This document shows positions 1 through 10,600 of a DNA stretch of 64,000 bases, piece by piece. Both the position numbers and the translations under genes were made by a program. The stretch spans positions 18,972-82,971 of the IMG/VR virus record IMGVR_UViG_3300046004_000818; one strand, written 5' to 3'. The DNA comes from a virus. How positions within the stretch are numbered: the first letter of the stretch is position 1; each line of letters begins with the position of its first letter. Under the pieces are notes generated by a model. That model saw only the letters and a program-made list of their open reading frames with translations, did not search any database and was not told the origin of the DNA.

Positions 1-192
1 CTAGCTTTTCCAGCTTATCTTTTGAAGATAAGGATACTCTGGCTATAATATTTGCCATCAGCTTCATGACACCCTTTCTTAGTATTTGTAATACATTGTA
101 TCACAATTTATCCTGAAATTTAGCTACGTAGTTTATACTTGTGCAATTTTTGACGCAGCTAGCTCAGCTAGATAGGTGTATCATCAAAACCT

Positions 193-690
193 ATGCCAAT
201 TACTTCGTTCACAACCTTTGACGAGATTCGCGCAGCTTTGGGAGTATCTGCCACAGAGCTTCCAGACAGTATTATAGGTCAGGAACAATATAGCACACTT
301 GCAGTCTTAGACCTTGAGGCTGTCAATTCTGGCATACCTGCACTGTACTCTACGATTTTTGCACTTCCCGAGGCTAACCGATCTGCTGCTGAACAGCGGT
401 ACTACTTGTTAGTAAGATTGTTCATAACCTACGCAATAGCTCGCAACCTCTTAACCTCGTTACCCCTGTTCTCAGTATCTCGGTTATCTGACGGTCGTGC
501 AGAATTTACTCGTCAACCTGACATATTTGAAGATGTGCGTCTAGGTGTTCAAGGTATGTTCAATACCTTGCGTACCAAGCTCACTACTTCTTATGTAGGT
601 CTTGCTCCCCTTGAAGAGGCTTACAAACAAGCTAGCTTCAACTTCACAGTGTCTACGGGGCTGGGCCTAGACCCTGTGACAAATGCCTAG
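193..690 (+). CDS. putative head-tail adaptor/connector protein
   Basis: 165-aa ORF, first gene of the neck cluster upstream of the tail tube gene; assigned by size and position. Confidence 0.5.
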   Translation: MPITSFTTFDEIRAALGVSATELPDSIIGQEQYSTLAVLDLEAVNSGIPALYSTIFALPEANRSAAEQRYYLLVRLFITYAIARNLLTSLPLFSVSRLSDGRAEFTRQPDIFEDVRLGVQGMFNTLRTKLTTSYVGLAPLEEAYKQASFNFTVSTGLGLDPVTNA

Positions 691-1522
691 TCTATTTGAT
701 GTTGCCAAGCACTTTGATGATATACCTGCCACTGATGGGTATACTGGAGCAGCTTTATTCAAGGTTCAAACTAGCACTTTCTTAGGTGCTAGTCCAGATG
801 GCTCTGTAGCTCAGAAGCGTGTCTTCTCTATGGACCCCGCCTTGACTATGCCTGTTCGTAGTTGCATAGTCACACTGGGTGAACGCTACATAACAGGTTC
901 CACAATACTGGACGGTATCTACGGTCAAGCTATCCGTAGATCATACTGGGCAAAGCTGGTCACTGATAGCTTTGAGATACTTACACCGGGACAAGCCTGC
1001 CTTGGAACTGCAGGTGTTTCAGCCTATGGTCGTAGAGCATACCTTAAAGATACTGTCAACGGAGTAACAGACTCTGAGTATGACCCTTTCTGGGAAATAT
1101 TCTTTGCCACTTCTGAATCTGTATTCAAAGGTAGCTTTTTCAAATCTGGTACCACGTTCTACCGTGCTAGGTCTCTCCACCTTGATGAAGCAGGCTTCCA
1201 GAACGCCGCTAGCGACGAGATTGATGCAGGGTCAAGGGTAAGTGTCACGTTTGCTCAAACGGGCCTCTACGACCCAATAAACGATTCCTACGCTGCCGGG
1301 AGCCTCACTACTACGGGTTTCTTAGTCGATAGATATAAGATTTACGATCTGCTATCGTCTGCAGACAAGTTGAACCACGCAGGGGATATGACCTTGGTGG
1401 TAGCATCGAGTGCAGTTACTCCAGTGATAGGCCGTAACATTACTGTTGCTAGTCAGAACTACAGCATCCTTAATCGCACATCTGAGCAAGACGCTTGGAA
1501 CCTCCATGTACGGAGGGTGTGA
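683..1522 (+). CDS. putative virion neck/head-closure protein
   Basis: 279-aa ORF overlapping both neighbours; beta-rich C-terminus (YDPINDSY...WNLHVRR) resembles head-closure proteins; synteny. Confidence 0.45.
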   Translation: MPSLFDVAKHFDDIPATDGYTGAALFKVQTSTFLGASPDGSVAQKRVFSMDPALTMPVRSCIVTLGERYITGSTILDGIYGQAIRRSYWAKLVTDSFEILTPGQACLGTAGVSAYGRRAYLKDTVNGVTDSEYDPFWEIFFATSESVFKGSFFKSGTTFYRARSLHLDEAGFQNAASDEIDAGSRVSVTFAQTGLYDPINDSYAAGSLTTTGFLVDRYKIYDLLSSADKLNHAGDMTLVVASSAVTPVIGRNITVASQNYSILNRTSEQDAWNLHVRRV

Positions 1523-2025
1523 TGGGAAAGATGTTTGAGTTCAAAGGTCTGAACAACTTTAGAAATTCTATAGAAGGTAGGAAAGCCTCTATAGAGAAGA
1601 GGGCAAATGCAGCCTTCAGAGAGTATGTGGCAGATGTTTTAACGGAACTATCTCTTAACACACCTCAGTGGTCAGGAGACTTAGCTGCATCTTGGCGCGT
1701 GAAAGCTCAAGGTAGCAGTGGTACTAGGTCAGTGCGTACTGCAGGATACTATGGGCAAACTCCCTTTAAGCAAAATCCATATGATTCTCCTGCTCCCTTC
1801 CGCAAAGGATCAATGCCAGCGGTCGATTATGCGTTAGCCAGAAACACAGATGTTATAAACACTATCTACTATAACACTAGGGTGACTATTTACAATGACA
1901 ACCCTACTGGAGATACCATTACAGAATCTGGCTTAAGGCCGGGTAACTTCATACCCGGAGATATAATGGCTATAGCTCACGTTACCTATAAGTTTAGAAT
2001 AGCAGGAGCAGGTACATGGAACTAG
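1522..2025 (+). CDS. HK97 gp10-like neck/tail completion protein
   Basis: TPQWSGDLAASW resembles the TPxxTGxLxxSW motif; ATG at 1522 overlaps the upstream TGA, with GGAGG RBS. Confidence 0.55.
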   Translation: MGKMFEFKGLNNFRNSIEGRKASIEKRANAAFREYVADVLTELSLNTPQWSGDLAASWRVKAQGSSGTRSVRTAGYYGQTPFKQNPYDSPAPFRKGSMPAVDYALARNTDVINTIYYNTRVTIYNDNPTGDTITESGLRPGNFIPGDIMAIAHVTYKFRIAGAGTWN

Positions 2026-2423
2026 CAAGACAAGCGATAGTTACCGCTGTAGAGGCTGTGAAGGCTGGTGCACCTGTAGCTGGCCTTATCATCGAATACG
2101 ATAACCGTATCATTGTTGATACGCAGACACAGACCAAACCATTTTTCTGTGTGAACATGGTGTTAATGAACGGGCGTCAAGCAGACCTGAATGCCAAACC
2201 TATCCATAGGTTCAATGGTCAAATACATATAGCTGCTGCAGTTAAGGACGGAGCAGGGTCTTCAGACGCCTTGAAATTACTTGACTACTTCTACCCACTA
2301 CTGCATCAGAGAGCTTTAGGTAGCATCCGTACACATATGGCTAAACCTGCTCCAATGAAACCACATCTTGGCTGGTGTTACTACCCTATGCTAATCCCTT
2401 TCTGGTTTGACAAAACTTACTAA
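2016..2423 (+). CDS. tail terminator protein
   Basis: 135 aa immediately upstream of the tail tube gene; typical size and position. Confidence 0.6.
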   Translation: MELARQAIVTAVEAVKAGAPVAGLIIEYDNRIIVDTQTQTKPFFCVNMVLMNGRQADLNAKPIHRFNGQIHIAAAVKDGAGSSDALKLLDYFYPLLHQRALGSIRTHMAKPAPMKPHLGWCYYPMLIPFWFDKTY

Positions 2424-2523
2424 GTGTTAGAACTGTCATACAAGAAACCACCCGAGTATTAAGAGTCAGTCCCCTCTGCCCTGAGATACAGAGTATTATC
2501 CCTCAACTTTCTGGAGAAACATT

Positions 2524-3744
2524 ATGCCCTTAGCATCTAGCTCACTTGTCCAAGTACGATACATTGCCGAAGCCACTTTTGGCGTGATCCCCGGCGCTGG
2601 TAATCCGAAGAACCTACGAATCACTGGTGAGTCCTTGAACTACGACATTTCCAAGGAATCGTCCAAGGAAATCAATAGTACCCGTACCGTATCCTCTGTC
2701 ACTGCTACCACGGCCTCTGCCAATGGCGGCGTCAATGGCGAACTGTCCTATCAGGAATGGGATACCTTGATGGCGGCTACCTTGCAGTCTACTTGGACTG
2801 TTTTCGGTACCAATGGTGTTTCTGGTGCTTCGTCTAGCATTGCCTACACTGCCACAACTCTGACAGCCTCGGTTGCTACCGCTGGTAACGACTCTTGGGC
2901 CAGCCTGAAGAAGGGTCAATGGTTCCGTGTTGTTCACGCAGCTTCGCCCAACGATGGTAAGCTGTTCCGTGTGTCTAGCTCTGTAGCTCCAAGCACTACA
3001 GTGATCACCTTGGATGCCGGTACTCCAGCTAGTGTAGCAGCTACTTTGGTTGGTGGCTTCATTCAGACTCGTCGCCTGACTCACGGTGTTATTCAGACCA
3101 GCTATGTGATCGAACGTGCCAATACCGACATTAGTCAGTTCTTGGCCTACACTGGTATGACTCCTAGCAAGATGACCATTCAGGTCCAGTCTGCCAGTCT
3201 GTCGTCTATCAGCTTCGACTTCATGGGCAAGTCTGCTACTCGCGGTGCAGCTACACAGTTGCCGGGTTCCCCTGTCAACTCTTACGCCTTTGATGTGCAG
3301 TCTGGTGTGTCCGGTTCGTCTTGTGCCCTGTGGGAAGGTGGCGCACCTATCACTGGTACCTTCGTCAAGTCTGTGCAGTTGACCTATGACAACGCTCTGC
3401 GTAGTCAGGAAGCTATCTGCACCTTGGGCGCTGTAGCTATCGGCTCCGGTACGATCAATCTGACTGGTACTCTGTCGGTGTACTTCGCAGATGGCACCTT
3501 GTTTGACAAGTTCAAAACCAATACCAATTCCAGCTTGGCCTTCTCCAGCCTTGATACCGCTGGTAACGGTTACGTCTTCTCTATGCCAGTGGTCAATATC
3601 ACTAGCTGGAAGGTATCTGCTGGTTCTAAGGATCAGGACATGATGATTGATATCAACTTCACTGCTCTGCGTGACGCTGCCAATGCTGATGCTACCTTGC
3701 AAAAGGCCTTCTTCATTGACTCTGTTGGCGTAGCTACTAGCTAA
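2524..3744 (+). CDS. major tail tube protein
   Basis: 406 aa, S/T/G/A-rich; N-terminal YIAEATFGVIP...LRITGESL motif typical of siphophage tube proteins; GGAG RBS, strongly biased codons, followed by a terminator and the chaperone gene. Confidence 0.85.
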   Translation: MPLASSSLVQVRYIAEATFGVIPGAGNPKNLRITGESLNYDISKESSKEINSTRTVSSVTATTASANGGVNGELSYQEWDTLMAATLQSTWTVFGTNGVSGASSSIAYTATTLTASVATAGNDSWASLKKGQWFRVVHAASPNDGKLFRVSSSVAPSTTVITLDAGTPASVAATLVGGFIQTRRLTHGVIQTSYVIERANTDISQFLAYTGMTPSKMTIQVQSASLSSISFDFMGKSATRGAATQLPGSPVNSYAFDVQSGVSGSSCALWEGGAPITGTFVKSVQLTYDNALRSQEAICTLGAVAIGSGTINLTGTLSVYFADGTLFDKFKTNTNSSLAFSSLDTAGNGYVFSMPVVNITSWKVSAGSKDQDMMIDINFTALRDAANADATLQKAFFIDSVGVATS

Positions 3745-3793
3745 TCTAGGTAACTAGCAACACTATCTCCCGGTTGGTTGGTGGTGTGATTAG

Positions 3794-3823
3794 CCCGGTG
3801 GACGAAAGTTCACCGGGTTTTTC
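3794..3823 (+). terminator. intrinsic terminator after tail tube gene
   Basis: CCCGGTGGAC-GAAA-GTTCACCGGG followed by TTTTT. Confidence 0.85.
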
Positions 3824-3872
3824 TATTTTCTGATGTAGAATCTTGGTTCCACTAACCAACTAGGATAAACCT

Positions 3873-4289
3873 ATGTCAAACGCTATTGACTTCTTCAACA
3901 CCTTCGCCACTGACTCTGTAAAAGAGTCTAAGGGAACTGAAACCACGATGCCCGGTTGCGGCGATACCAAGTTCATAGTAGCCCGTGCTGGTAATGTCGA
4001 ATATAACCGTTTGCTCTCTAGCCTCTACAAGCGCAATCGTGCACTGCTTGACAGCAAGGGTGAGACAGCCAATGCTAAGTCTGACGAAATCTTGGCAGAA
4101 GTCTATGCCAAAACAATTCTCTTGGGCTGGTCTGGCACCCTCTTGATTAAGGGCGTAGCTACTGCTTATAGCGAACAAGCTGCTAAGGGCTTGCTGTTGC
4201 TCAAAGACTTCCGCGCTGTGGTGGAGTCTGTAGCATCCGACATGAACACCTTCAAGGCAGTTCAGGATGATGAAGACGCAAAAAACTAA
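3873..4289 (+). CDS. tail assembly chaperone (lambda gpG-like)
   Basis: 138 aa between tube and tape measure genes; VARAGN and ILLGW motifs; ends ...AKN at a slippery site. Confidence 0.85.
   Translation: MSNAIDFFNTFATDSVKESKGTETTMPGCGDTKFIVARAGNVEYNRLLSSLYKRNRALLDSKGETANAKSDEILAEVYAKTILLGWSGTLLIKGVATAYSEQAAKGLLLLKDFRAVVESVASDMNTFKAVQDDEDAKN
4280..4286 (+). other. -1 programmed ribosomal frameshift site A AAA AAC
   Basis: GCA AAA AAC TAA; the -1 frame is open (KLTAYLEWSVKWGG...) and in frame with ORF 4346-4630. Confidence 0.85.
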
Positions 4290-4630
4290 CAGCCTATCTT
4301 GAGTGGTCTGTTAAATGGGGTGGAGAGGTAAAATCTCTCCAACAGATGCAGGAAGAAACAGGCATAACCCCAAAGGCCCTTCTTGATAGGCCCTCCTTGG
4401 ATCAGCGATGGTTCTTTGCTAAATCTGTATTTGATGATCTAAGCGGTAGTAGGAACTATACGGCAGGTGGTCCAGCTAACATACCGTACACTGTGTATAG
4501 TATGTATGCCCATGATAGAGGCTTCTCGCAGTTAGACTTAATAGATGTGTGGGAAGACTTGTCACTTATTGACAGTATCTGGCTTACCAAAGTAGTAGAA
4601 AAGCAAGCAGCACAACGAAAGAGCACCTGA
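4280..4630 (+). CDS. tail assembly chaperone frameshift extension (gpT-like)
   Basis: open -1 frame from the slippery site to the stop at 4630, directly upstream of the tape measure gene. Confidence 0.8.
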   Translation, partial: KKLTAYLEWSVKWGGEVKSLQQMQEETGITPKALLDRPSLDQRWFFAKSVFDDLSGSRNYTAGGPANIPYTVYSMYAHDRGFSQLDLIDVWEDLSLIDSIWLTKVVEKQAAQRKST

Positions 4631-4647
4631 TGGTGCTCTTTTTATTT
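4618..4647 (+). terminator. intrinsic terminator
   Basis: AAAGAGCACC-TGAT-GGTGCTCTTT then TTATTT. Confidence 0.75.
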
Positions 4648-4693
4648 GTAGGTTAAGGTAAAATGCTGTAAGCATTTTTTGGAGCGAACAGCA

Positions 4694-7600
4694 ATGTCAG
4701 ACAATATCGGTCTTCAACTTGACCCTCCAAAGGGTGTTACCGAAACTATAACAGCCCTGACAGAGTTGGTCACGGCTGTTAACGGTGCTGAAAAGAAGCT
4801 AAACAATAATACCAACTTTGGCAAGCTCGGTATAGAAGAGGCCTTAGCTAAACTACCAAAGTCTTTAGGTGCTGTGGCTACAGCCCTCAAAGCTGCTATG
4901 TATAGTGTCAACCAAGTATTGACTGGCGGCAATGCTGAGACTGTGGATATAGTAAGGTCTGTCAATAGGGCTATACAGCAAGTTTTTGAGCAACGACTAG
5001 CTGTTGTCGGCACCATGACAGACAGGGAGATAGCCAGTTGGCGCAAGTATGGTGTAAGTATCAACGGTCTACAGAAGGCACAGTTAGCCGATAACAAAGC
5101 TAATGTTGCTGCTTTAGTAGCCGCTAGATCAGAGTTCGTAGCTATAGCTACCGCAGCAGATTCCAGAATGAATGCTGGTGGGTTGACATATGACAAAGCA
5201 AGAGATACTGCAGAAGCTAATGCTTATAAGAACCGACTAGCTCAAGCGCTTATATTTGATAAGTCTAGAGAAGCAGCTATGGTAGCTGCTGCGGCAAACT
5301 TTCAGAATATAGCCACAGCATCCAATGAGAAGATGTTGTCTCAGGCTATGATTTTCGACAAAGCCAGAGATGCTCAACTAGCTAGGTCTTATGATACGCA
5401 ACTCGCCCAAGCTTTGGTATATGACAGGGCAAGAGATGCACAGATGGCTAAGTCTTATGAGACACAGCTTTCTCAAGCTTTACTGTTTGATAAAGCAAGA
5501 GATGCTCAGATAGCTAAGTCTTATGAAGACAAACTTGCTCAAGCCTTGCTCTATGACAAGGCAAGAGATGCGCAGGTAGCTAAATCTTATGAGACACAGC
5601 TTGCTCAAGCTTTAACCTATGATAGAGCTAGAGATGCTCAGATAGCTAAGGCTTATGAGACCAAGCTAGCGCAAGCTCTGATCTACGACAAGGTTAGGGA
5701 TGCTCAGATAGCCAAGTCATATGAGACACAGCTTGCTCAGGCTATGATCTTTGATAAGGCTAGGGATGCTCAGATAGCTAAGTCTTATGAGACTAGGCTT
5801 ACACAAGCATTGGCCTTTGATAAAGCAAGAGATGCTCAGTTAGCTAAATCTTACGAGACACAGCTTGCACAGGCCTTGATCTATGATAAGGCTAGGGATG
5901 CTCAGATAGCTAAGTCTTACGAGACTAGGGCTGCTCAAGCTTTGGCTTATGACAAGGCAAGAGATGCTCAGATAGCTAAGTCTTACGAGACACGGATGGC
6001 TAAAGAACTTGCTGCTATAAAGATGCAGGAAGAGTTGGATAAGTTATCATATGAAAAACGCTTAGCTTTTATGGCTAAGTTTAATGCAGCCGTAGCCAAT
6101 GGTAAAGCCTTTGGCGGCATAAACTTTACGTCTATGGAAGCCGCAATCAGTGGTATAAGTCGAGGCTTTGGAGGCATAGCAACTACCATAGCTCACCTCA
6201 TACCTTTTGTGACTGCATTTGTCACAGCAGCCACCACCCTCAAGACCTTGAAAGTAGGTGCTGAGTTTGAGCAAAGCCTGTTTGTTATAAAGGAATTGGC
6301 TGGTAACTCCACAGAGGAAGTTAAAGGCTTATCTGATAGTATGCTGGAACTGTCTAAGACAGGGGTGTACGGTCCACTACAAATGGCTAAAGGTTTGGAG
6401 ATACTGACCTTGGCAGGTCTGAATGCTAAGGATGCTTTCACAGCCCTCCAGCCTACATTGAACTTCTCGCTAGCTGGTGGTGTGAATCTAGATGCTGCGG
6501 CTTCAACATTAGTCGCAGTAGCTACTGCTTATGGTTACAGTGCTGAAGCATTTAGCACTGTTGGAGACATGATAGCCAAGACCGCTGCAGATTCTATGGC
6601 CTCTGTTCAAGGTCTAACAGAGTCCTTCAAGGCTGCTTCGGTTGTTGCTCAGTTGTACGGTGTGTCCTTGGAAGATACGTCCTATATGCTAAAGTCTTTG
6701 GCACAGATAGGTATTCAAGGCTCAGCCGCAGGAACCTCTGTACGTAACTTCTATACAGAGATCACCAAACAATCTGGTAAAGCTTTTGAGACCTTGAAGA
6801 AGCTAAAAGTAGAGATATACGATACTGAGGGGCTTAAGTCTACATTGGAAATATTCAAGGAATTAGCCTTGTCTATGGATAACTTAGACAAGCGTTCTAA
6901 ACAAGCAGCAATGGCTGCTCTAACAAATGAGCGCGGCGGCAAGACTGGTATAGGTGTCATGGAGACAGCTAGGACCGATATAATTAAAGAGCTTAATAAG
7001 CAGGAGCGAGAACACAACCAGCTTACTGGCGAGAACATTACACTGACCACTACAGCTACATTAAGTCTTAAACAGCTTAGTGATGGCTACGACTCTCTCA
7101 TAGCCAAGCAGAAGAAGTTTGCAAAAGAAGCTGCAGGCTTTACATTCCTAGCGGCTCTAGAGAACCAGCTTACCACTATGGGTAGCTATAAAGGATTACT
7201 GGCTAGTCTGGAAGGAGATTTCGCTAGAGCCTTTGGAGTTGCTAGCGATTCAGTATTCTTGTTGTCTGTGGAACTTAGGAAGGCTCTCAACTCTGACGAG
7301 TTCAATGCAGCCTTACAGACTCTGACAGGTGCCTTGATAGGCATGGCTACATCTTTCGCTAAAGCAGTAAGCTACATAAATACTAACACTACAGAGACTG
7401 TAGCAGCAGTGGCTATACTAGGTACTGTATTTACAGCAGTAGGTATCGCATCTAACGCTGCCGCTATAGGGATAGATTTAGCTACCATAAGCCTTACCGG
7501 AGTAAGTTTGGCTATAGAGGGTACTACAGTACAGTTAGGAGTCATGAACACGGTATTTGCACTAGGCCCAGGCAAGATACTGCTACTGATTGCCTCTATT

Positions 7601-10600
7601 GGATTGCTGGTATATGAGATAGGCAAGATTGCAGGAGCTTGGGTAGACGCAGAAAGCGCTAGAGATAAAGCTTTACGGAAAGAGAAGGAGGCTACTGAGA
7701 CTTCCATAGCTGCTTTAAGAGCTAAGGCTGACCAGACTAAATCCTCTATGGAAGCAGAGTTGGAGCGTCTTACTAAGTCTAATCAACTACGGTCTGAGGG
7801 AGCTACTCAACATGAGGCTGACCAAAAACTATTTGGTGAAGCAGCTAAATCACGTATAGAGCAACTCCACAAGGAGAACCTGAGCTTGATAGCTAAGCGT
7901 TCACTTTTGGAAGAGATACAGTTGCTTGAGACTAACCACATGACTGTAGATGCTGGTGGTAACACTACCGCAGCTAAGTCAGTGGCAGAGATAGCCTTTG
8001 AGGTGTCGGCTAGGCAAGCCAAAGCTATAGCCGCAGAAACTGCAGCATACCAAGCTGAGATAACTGCTGTTGACGCCTTAGTAGAGAAGCTAAGACTTGC
8101 TTATGTGGAAAAGGCTAGACTGGACAAAGTGAAGCCTAAGCCTCAAGGTCCAGATTCGGCAGACTTCCCTTCTGGTGGCAGATTTGGAGGCGGGGGTAAA
8201 GGCAAGCCTGATGGCACTAAATCAGAGCTTGAAAGCCTCATCGCTTCCATAGAGAAGTTTAATAGTGTTTCAGACGCTATGGCTGAGTCTAGCAAGAAAG
8301 CTACAGAAGCCCAGACGTTTGAAGCAGGTAGCATGGCTACCTTGCACAAGATAACCAATAACTACACTGGAGACAAGGCTAAACTGGTTGAGGTGGAAAA
8401 CTCTATAGCTGCAGCAGCAGAACGCCGTAAAGCCATACAAGCTGACAATTCAGGTGCTAGCTATATAGCCTCTTTGCAGAACCTAAACAACGAGCTAGAT
8501 AAGCAGGTAGAGACTCACGCTAAACTAACCGCTGCCGAGAAGATTGCAGAGGCCAGCAAGAAGGGTCTTCAGGAAGGTACTATCGCCTTGACCTATTGGG
8601 AAAAGGTATATGCAGAAGCTCTTATGGATAGGGCCAAGGCCTTGGAGAAGCTGAGAGGCCTAGAGGCCCAAGCAGCTAAAGCAGGTGGAGAACTGAAGAC
8701 AGCCACATCTAATGCAAAAGTGTATATGGATACGCTTAAGCAACAACTGCAAGCTGAGACAGAGTTGGAAGCGGCTAGGGATGCAGCTATCCAAAAAGGT
8801 CCACAGTTCGTGGCTAGACTAGAAGCAGAAACTGCAGCTAGGTCAAAGAATGCTGGCAGTATTGTCAAATTGACTGAGAAGATAGACGCACTCAAACTTA
8901 AAGAGAGAGAACTTAAAGCTGAGAAAGGTGTGTTGTCTCCAGAAGATTTGAAGACATTGAAAGAAGCAGAAGACCAGCTAAGTGAAATGACAACTGATCT
9001 TGATGAGATTATCAAGAAGGCAGGGGAGCTGGCTGAGAAGAAGTGGCTCACTATAGACCGTGACCGTATAGCTGGTGATCTAGCTGGTGCAGTAATGACT
9101 GGTTTAACTACAGGTGGTCAAGAGGGTGCCAGAGCCTTACGTGATATTTTGGTCAAGGAGTTTATTACCAACCCTATCCAAGTATGGATCAAGGCTACTA
9201 TCAGTGAGATTATGGGAGGTAGCTCTACAGGTAATGGCCTCACCAACTCATCAGGCGGTTCTCTCACAGGCTTCAAGTCTGTTGACTCCATCCTTGGTGC
9301 TGCTAATAAGATGGCAGACACTTATCTGCACGGTGCTAGTAAGTCCTTGGGTGGCTTCGCTACATCTAGCATTGGTGAGTCCCTTGGTCTAAGCTCTAGG
9401 GCCGAAGATATGATGGGCAACACTATGGGCAACAGCCTGACCACGGCAGGAGAGCTTTTCCAAGCTATGCCCATCGGTGGTATGATTACTGCCTACACTA
9501 AAGGTGGAGCATCAGGCTTCCTGCAAGGTGCTGCTAACATCGGTATATCTGGTGCTGTCACTGGCGGCCTAGCTGCTGCCAGTGCTGGTACAGGTGTAGC
9601 TGCTGGTGCTATGAGTGGGGCTGGTGCAGCCTTGTCTGCTGTACCCGGTTGGGGTTGGGCTATCATGGCAGGACTTGCTATCCTTGGCAATAAGGGTGAG
9701 TATGTCAAGTCTACTGGTGCTTCTGAGCAGACATTTGCCCAAGACGGTACAAGCACTATAGCCGCGCAAAGTGGTGACCATCCGTTTGGTGGCGGTCTGA
9801 ATGCTGGAGCAGAAGCTAATGCATCAGCCGACAAGATCACAACAGGTATGTATAATACCTACACTGATGTAGCTAAGGCACTTGGCATAGGTGTTAAGGA
9901 TGTTAAATTCTCCTACGGGCAGAACAACTCAGATGGAGGCAAGACTTCCATCGGTGGTGGTAGCTACACCTCTATGGAGTTTAAGACCAGTGATGAAGCG
10001 ATCAAGCTAGAGGCATCTAGAGCTGTGCTAGCAGCCTTGAAGGACTCTGATCTACCCACATACCTATCTGGTATGTTTGACAACATAGACCTGTCTGCCC
10101 TGTCTCAAGTAGACGCTGACAGGCTTATGCAAGATGCTAAGGGCTTCAAGGCTATAGCTGATGCTGCTGACTCCCTACCATTCAACAGTCTTACCAAAGC
10201 CAGCCATGCTACACTGGTAGCTTTGACCGCTGCTTCTGGAGGCTTGGATAAACTTACATCGAACCTTACCAGCTACTACGCTAACTACTACACTGATGCT
10301 GAGCGTAACGCTAAGTCTACTAACAGTTTGGGAGACGAGTTTAAGAAGCTAGGTCTGGAGATGCCTAAGACTAAGCAAGCGTTTAGAGAGCTTGTTGAAG
10401 CACAAGACCTGACTACCGAATCAGGTAGAAAGGCTGCTGCTGGACTCTACACCTTGAATGATGTGTTTGCCAAGACTGTAGTGGACACTGGTCAACTGGC
10501 TTTGGATGCTGCTATCAAAGCTGCAGAAGCTGCCACAGAGTCTATGGACATAACTAGGGTTACGGCCTCTGTACTTCCAGCTACTGTTAGAGAGTACACA

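Noticed and set aside
2614-3702. 362-aa antisense ORF over the tail tube gene
   Set aside because: Shadow ORF caused by strong codon bias of the real gene; no RBS or recognisable motif.
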